Below are positions 59,430 to 64,000 of a stretch of DNA of 64,000 bases, piece by piece (position 1 is the first letter of the stretch; the number at the start of each line of letters is the position of its first letter). The notes beneath the pieces are model-generated. The model worked only from the letters and a program-made list of their open reading frames with translations. It was not told the origin of the DNA and ran no database searches. The position numbers and the translations under genes are program-made. The stretch is from positions 161,264,001 through 161,328,000 of the forward strand of contig NC_086097.1 in assembly GCF_963921235.1 (NCBI RefSeq). The letters are read 5' to 3'. The stretch is from Mobula hypostoma (Eukaryota).

Positions 59430-60998
59430 AAACCCAAACATATCTTTTTCAGCTCTTTTTAATTAAACCTGTCAGTTAAAAATTTTTTTTTCCAAATTAA
59501 CAATATAGTATTATTTTAATATAGAAATTCAATACTTGGCAAAAAATCTATTGTTTTCCTCCTGCATACCTATTACTCCCTTCCCCTAAACTTAGTAGGC
59601 TTCTGCCCTGCAGGACAAGTGAAGGAATGTAGCCGGTACCAATTAGTTAAATTACAAACATATGCAGCTGCTTGTTTCTGCAAGTAAAAGCTAAGCCTAA
59701 GTTGCCAGTATTTCTGACACTCACATCAGTTCTTTCGGATTTTTTTTGTCAATTTCTGCTGGTTTTCTATAATTTGATGTGCCTTTATTCAACATAATCC
59801 CCTGTTCATTGAAAAGGTACCAGATAGATGACTTCAGCTAAAGAGCCTAAATAACTGACTACAATATTAAATTGCAAGTCGCTAGGCAACTCATCTGAAG
59901 CCCTACAATCCCTTCAAGTATGAATATTAGGTTCTAAAGATGTTATTGGCACCTGATCTGTAACATCCTGAACCTGATGGGTCCCATAAGATCCAACTCA
60001 GATGTTTGTCGCTGATGATGAAGGTAAAAACTCATGTGAATTTTTTGAAACAGAATACATTATTGCCTTTGGATTTAGTTTGAGAGTTCTAGGTTTAACA
60101 TTTTGTTTTATTGCCTGTTCCTCTTAGGGGCATGTCAGAAATGAGATCTGCAATAGGCTGTGGCCATGCTGTAAATATATGTTTATGGCAGCCTCTGGCT
60201 CTCTAAAGTACTCTGATTGGATCCGACACAGAGCTTTAATTATGCTTTCTAAAGCTGTGCATTACTGATGGAGTCATTCAGAGGGTGTAGGTGTGAGACT
60301 AATTTTTGCCTGGTCAGCTGTTAAAAGTAGTTAGGTAGATGTTTGCATAGTGGGGATATTAAGGGTTATGGGGAAAAGGCAGGTAGATGGAGCTGAGTCC
60401 ACGGCCAGATCAGCCATGAAGTTATTGAATGACAGAGTAGTCTTAATGCCATACTCCTGCTCCTCTTTCATATGCTCTTGTAATCAATAATTTCAAACAA
60501 AGGCCAGAACTGGCAAAGCTCTCAACAAGCTAAGTCAATTGACAAGAGGAACTAAGGCCAGAAAAGGAATAAAAAACTAAGTTTTAATTCATTCTCTCCC
60601 TGTGGGTTCAGTGAGACAGGAGTACTCTTCCCAACCTTACAGGGATATGCATTCCTGTCTGACAGCATTCTGTTCTCTCTCACACTCCTGGGATAGCTCT
60701 CACTGATATCTAGCAACAGACAAAGACACAACATTCATGAGAAAATATTTCACAATTCTAGGTGTGAAGGAGAGAGTTATTTGATTCAGTTTGCTTGTTA
60801 AAACCCAAACGTAATTTTCAGCTCTTTTGAATTAAACCTGTAAATTAAGAATTATAAGTAGTTCCAAATGAACAACATTGTATTATTTTAATGTAGAAAT
60901 TCAATACTTTACAAAAAATCATTTGGTTTCCTCCTGCATACCTGTTACTCCCTTCCCCCGAGCTTAATAGGCTTTTGCCCTCCAGTACAAGAGAAGGA
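59430..60998. repeat. Dispersed direct repeat of ~197 bp (59430-59626 and 60801-60998)
   Basis: Both copies read AAACCCAAAC..TTTTCAGCTCTTTT.AATTAAACCTG..GAAATTCAATACTT..TTTCCTCCTGCATACCT.TTACTCCCTTCCCC..GAAGGA. Confidence 0.85.
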
Positions 60999-61324
60999 TT
61001 ATTTAAGCACTAGGCCAGTGTAGGCCAAATGACCGAGTCAGCAAAAAAGAGAAGAAAGATTTGGATTTTTGGAAAGATGTGACATAGAGACCAGAATCGT
61101 GCCGATTTCAATGCTTCTCCAAGTGTACTGGCGATGTTCTATTTGCCCATTATTGCCAATGACTTTGGTTCAGTATTTGAAACAGTGGACCAGTGACCAG
61201 GGTAGAGCTCTCCGTGTGAGCCAATATCCATATCTACTTCTGGCAGTGCTGATGCCTGAGGGCACAAAGTAACATTTTCTCCAATACCTTGCCTACAAAA
61301 TGATTAATGTATATGGGAACAAAA

Positions 61325-62620
61325 CATAAGAAGATAGAATAGTACAGCACAGGAACAGGCCCTTCAAACCACAATATTGTACTGAACCATATAAATTAGT
61401 AATCAAATGGCCAACTAAACTATTCCCTTATGCCTACACAAAGTCCATATCCCTCCATTTTCCTCACATTCATGTGCTTATCTAAACATCTCTTTAGATG
61501 TCCAATTGCACTCACATTCATCACATCTACTGTAATCAATTGCTTTGAGAAGTTGGTCATGGCCAGAATCAACTCCTGCCAAAGCAAGGATCTGGACCCA
61601 CTGCCATTTGCCTATTGCCACAATAGGTCTACAGCAGAAGCAATCCCACTGGCTCTCCACTCAGCATTGGATCACCTGAACAATGGCTGCTGTTTGTTGA
61701 CTAGAGCTCAGTGTCAAATGCCTCACTAAAATCCATGTAGACAACATCCACAGGACTACATTCATTAATCACCTTTATCACCTCATCAAAAAACTCAGTC
61801 ATTTAGCAAGAACAACTTGCCCCACACAAAGCCATCCTGGCTCTCCCTAATTTGGCCATGGAATTCTAAATGCTCATAAATCCTATCTGTAAGAATTCTC
61901 TCCAGCAACTTTGCTACCACTTATGTGAGTCTCACCAGTTTACAGGTTCCAGGATTATCTCTGGTTTCCTTCCTGAACAAGGGAACAACATTAGCTACTT
62001 GCTAGTACTCCAGGACATCGCCTGTGGCTAGAGGAGACAAAGGTATTAGTCAATTATCTCTTCTGTCTCAGCTATCTCTTCACCTGCCTCTCTCCATAAT
62101 CTGGGGTGTAAGCCATCAAGCCCTGGGTCTTATCCACTTTAATGCTCTTTAAGGACCCAACACTACCTCCTCCTTCACTGTGAAATGCCTGAGCATATTA
62201 ATACTCTCGGCACTGACCACCCTACCCTCAACATCCTTCTCTTTAGTAAATATTGATGTAAAGTACTCATTAAGGGATTCACACACATCTTTCGCATACA
62301 AGACAATGTCCCCCGCTCCCATCCTTCAGTTGTCCCACCCTCTCGCTAGATATCCTCCTGCTCCTGATGTACTGTATGCATAGAGGGCATTGGGATTCTC
62401 TTTATTCCTACTTGCCAAAGATATCTTAAGACCCCTCTTTGTTTTTCTAATTCCCTTCTTGAATTATTTTCTAATTCTTTATAATTCGCAAAGACTCTGA
62501 TTCCAGCTTCTACTTTTTATCTTCCCTCTTGACTAAATTCATCACCTCTCTCAACATCCAGGGTTTGCTTACCTTGCCATCCTTATCCTTCTGACTGGAA
62601 CATACCTACTCTGTACCCTG
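61325..62620 (-). mobile_element. Degenerate CR1 with an embedded plus-strand Rex1 RT fragment (about 61507-61715)
   Basis: CR1 3' tail at 61325-61500. PIALTFITSTVINCFEKLV..LDPLPFAYCHNRST (Rex1). CR1 RT-like minus-strand sequence at 61715-62620. Confidence 0.65.
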
Positions 62621-62849
62621 GTAAAGCCAGGATTCCTATGAAGGAATAATTTTTCAAACAAAGAATGATGAAGTGGGAGCAAACTACCAGCCAGAGTGGT
62701 AGTGATGGTGATGGTGTGGAGCATGGAATTATACGTGAGGCAGTTCGATTTGAAAAGGGGAAGTCCTATGGGTTTTGGATAAAGTAAAACTGGAAATACT
62801 AGATTTTCAGAACATTTTTTACCCAGCATTAAAATATCAAAAACTCGTT

Positions 62850-63850
62850 CACAGCCATAAGGTGAGGGGGAGAAAGTTAAAGGAGATGTGTGAGGCAAGG
62901 TAATTTTTTTAACACTGAAAGTGGTAGGTGCCTGGAACAAGCTGCTTCCAGGGTGATGGTGGAAACAGATATGATAATGGCACTTAAGAGGATTTAAATA
63001 GCTACAATGAACATGCAGGGAATGGAGGGATATGGATCCTGCTCAAGTAGATCAGTATATTTTAATCTGATACCATGGTCAGCACAGACATTGTGAGCCA
63101 AAGGGCCTGTCTTGTGCTATACTGTTCTATGTTCTATAGTACATTCTAACTTTAGGGCCTCTGTAATCATACAAAAACCAACTTGTGGAAGATCCTTAAC
63201 AGTGTTGATGTGCAGAGGGGTCTTGGGGTCCAAGTCCATAGCCCTCTGAAAGAGGCTACATAGATTGAAGGAGTGGTAACAAAGGCATGTGGAATGCTTG
63301 ACTTTATTAGTTGAGGAACTGAGTTCAAGGTTTGAGAAGTTATGTTGAGATTTATGAAACACTAGTTAAGCCGCATCTGGAGAATTGAATTTGCTGCTGG
63401 TCGCTGAATTGTAGGAAATATGTCAAAGTTTTGTAGAGTGGGCAGAAGAGGTTTGCATGTGCTATAAGGAGAGGTTGGACAAACTTGGGTTGTTTCTACT
63501 GGAGTGGCCGAGGCTGAGGAGAGATCTGATAGGCACTTAGACGATTATGAATGGCATAGATAGAGTATACAGCCAGTCTCTTTTCCCCAGATTTGAAATG
63601 TCTAATATCAGAGGACATACACTTAAGGTGAGAAGGGGTAAGTTTAAAGGAGATGTGCAGGGCAAGTTTTGAACAAGGGAGTGGTGGGGCTTGGAATGGG
63701 CTGCCTGGGGATGGAGGCTGAGGCAAGTACGACAGAGGCATTTAAGAGGCTCATAAATAGCAATTTAAGAGGCTCTTAGATTGGCACAAGAATGTGCAGG
63801 AAATTGAAAGATATGGACATTTTGTAGGCAGAGGAGATTAGTTTAGTTAG
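62850..63850 (+). mobile_element. Two old CR1 3' fragments (62850-63135; 63185-63850)
   Basis: Similar to 18000-18783 (GGAGAGATCTGATAG, TTTAAAGGAGATGTG, TTCTATGTTCTAT tail). Confidence 0.7.
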
Positions 63851-63854
63851 GTAA

Positions 63855-64000
63855 TGTGGTAAACCATATATATGTTGTAACTGGGTTACCTGTCTGGACA
63901 CACCCCTCTGCTGACTGCCCCTGTGGCTCCTCCCACAGAACCCTGAATAAAGGTGATTTCGCCTTGCCCCTCACCCTCAGTCCAGGGGCAGACACTCAGC
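63855..64000 (+). mobile_element. Probable LTR start, truncated by the window end
   Basis: Abrupt TGTGGTAA start after CR1, GC-richer body, ATAAAGG TATA-like motif. No partner or TSD visible. Confidence 0.35.

Overview
Eukaryotic, repeat-dense (mostly transposon-derived) intronic or intergenic DNA. The repeat complement suggests a cartilaginous fish, probably a ray; this is inferred from recalled repeat families, not from a database search. No intact host gene is identifiable, and nearly all long ORFs are decayed transposon proteins. Retroelements: CR1, Rex1/Babar, two RTE families, Hero (R2-like), a Nimb/I fragment, tRNA-derived SINEs, two solo LTRs and a full-length Gypsy LTR element with a PNMA/MOAP1-like Gag. 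DNA transposons: two Tc1/IR-DR elements, a hAT MITE and an Academ (XPG-type) element. Many insertions have readable target-site duplications (TSDs), so nesting order can be reconstructed. The most notable structures are: (1) four fold-back Penelope-like insertions with 3' ends pointing outward, three with clear TSDs, carrying minimal hammerhead ribozyme motifs; (2) a Sleeping Beauty-family element built from two right ends that nevertheless inserted cleanly at a TA; (3) the PNMA-like Gypsy; (4) the Academ element; (5) weak candidate host exons, including one possibly encoding a GPI-anchor signal, and an unexplained ~197-bp duplication. Family names come from motif recognition and recalled consensus sequences and need confirming by search.
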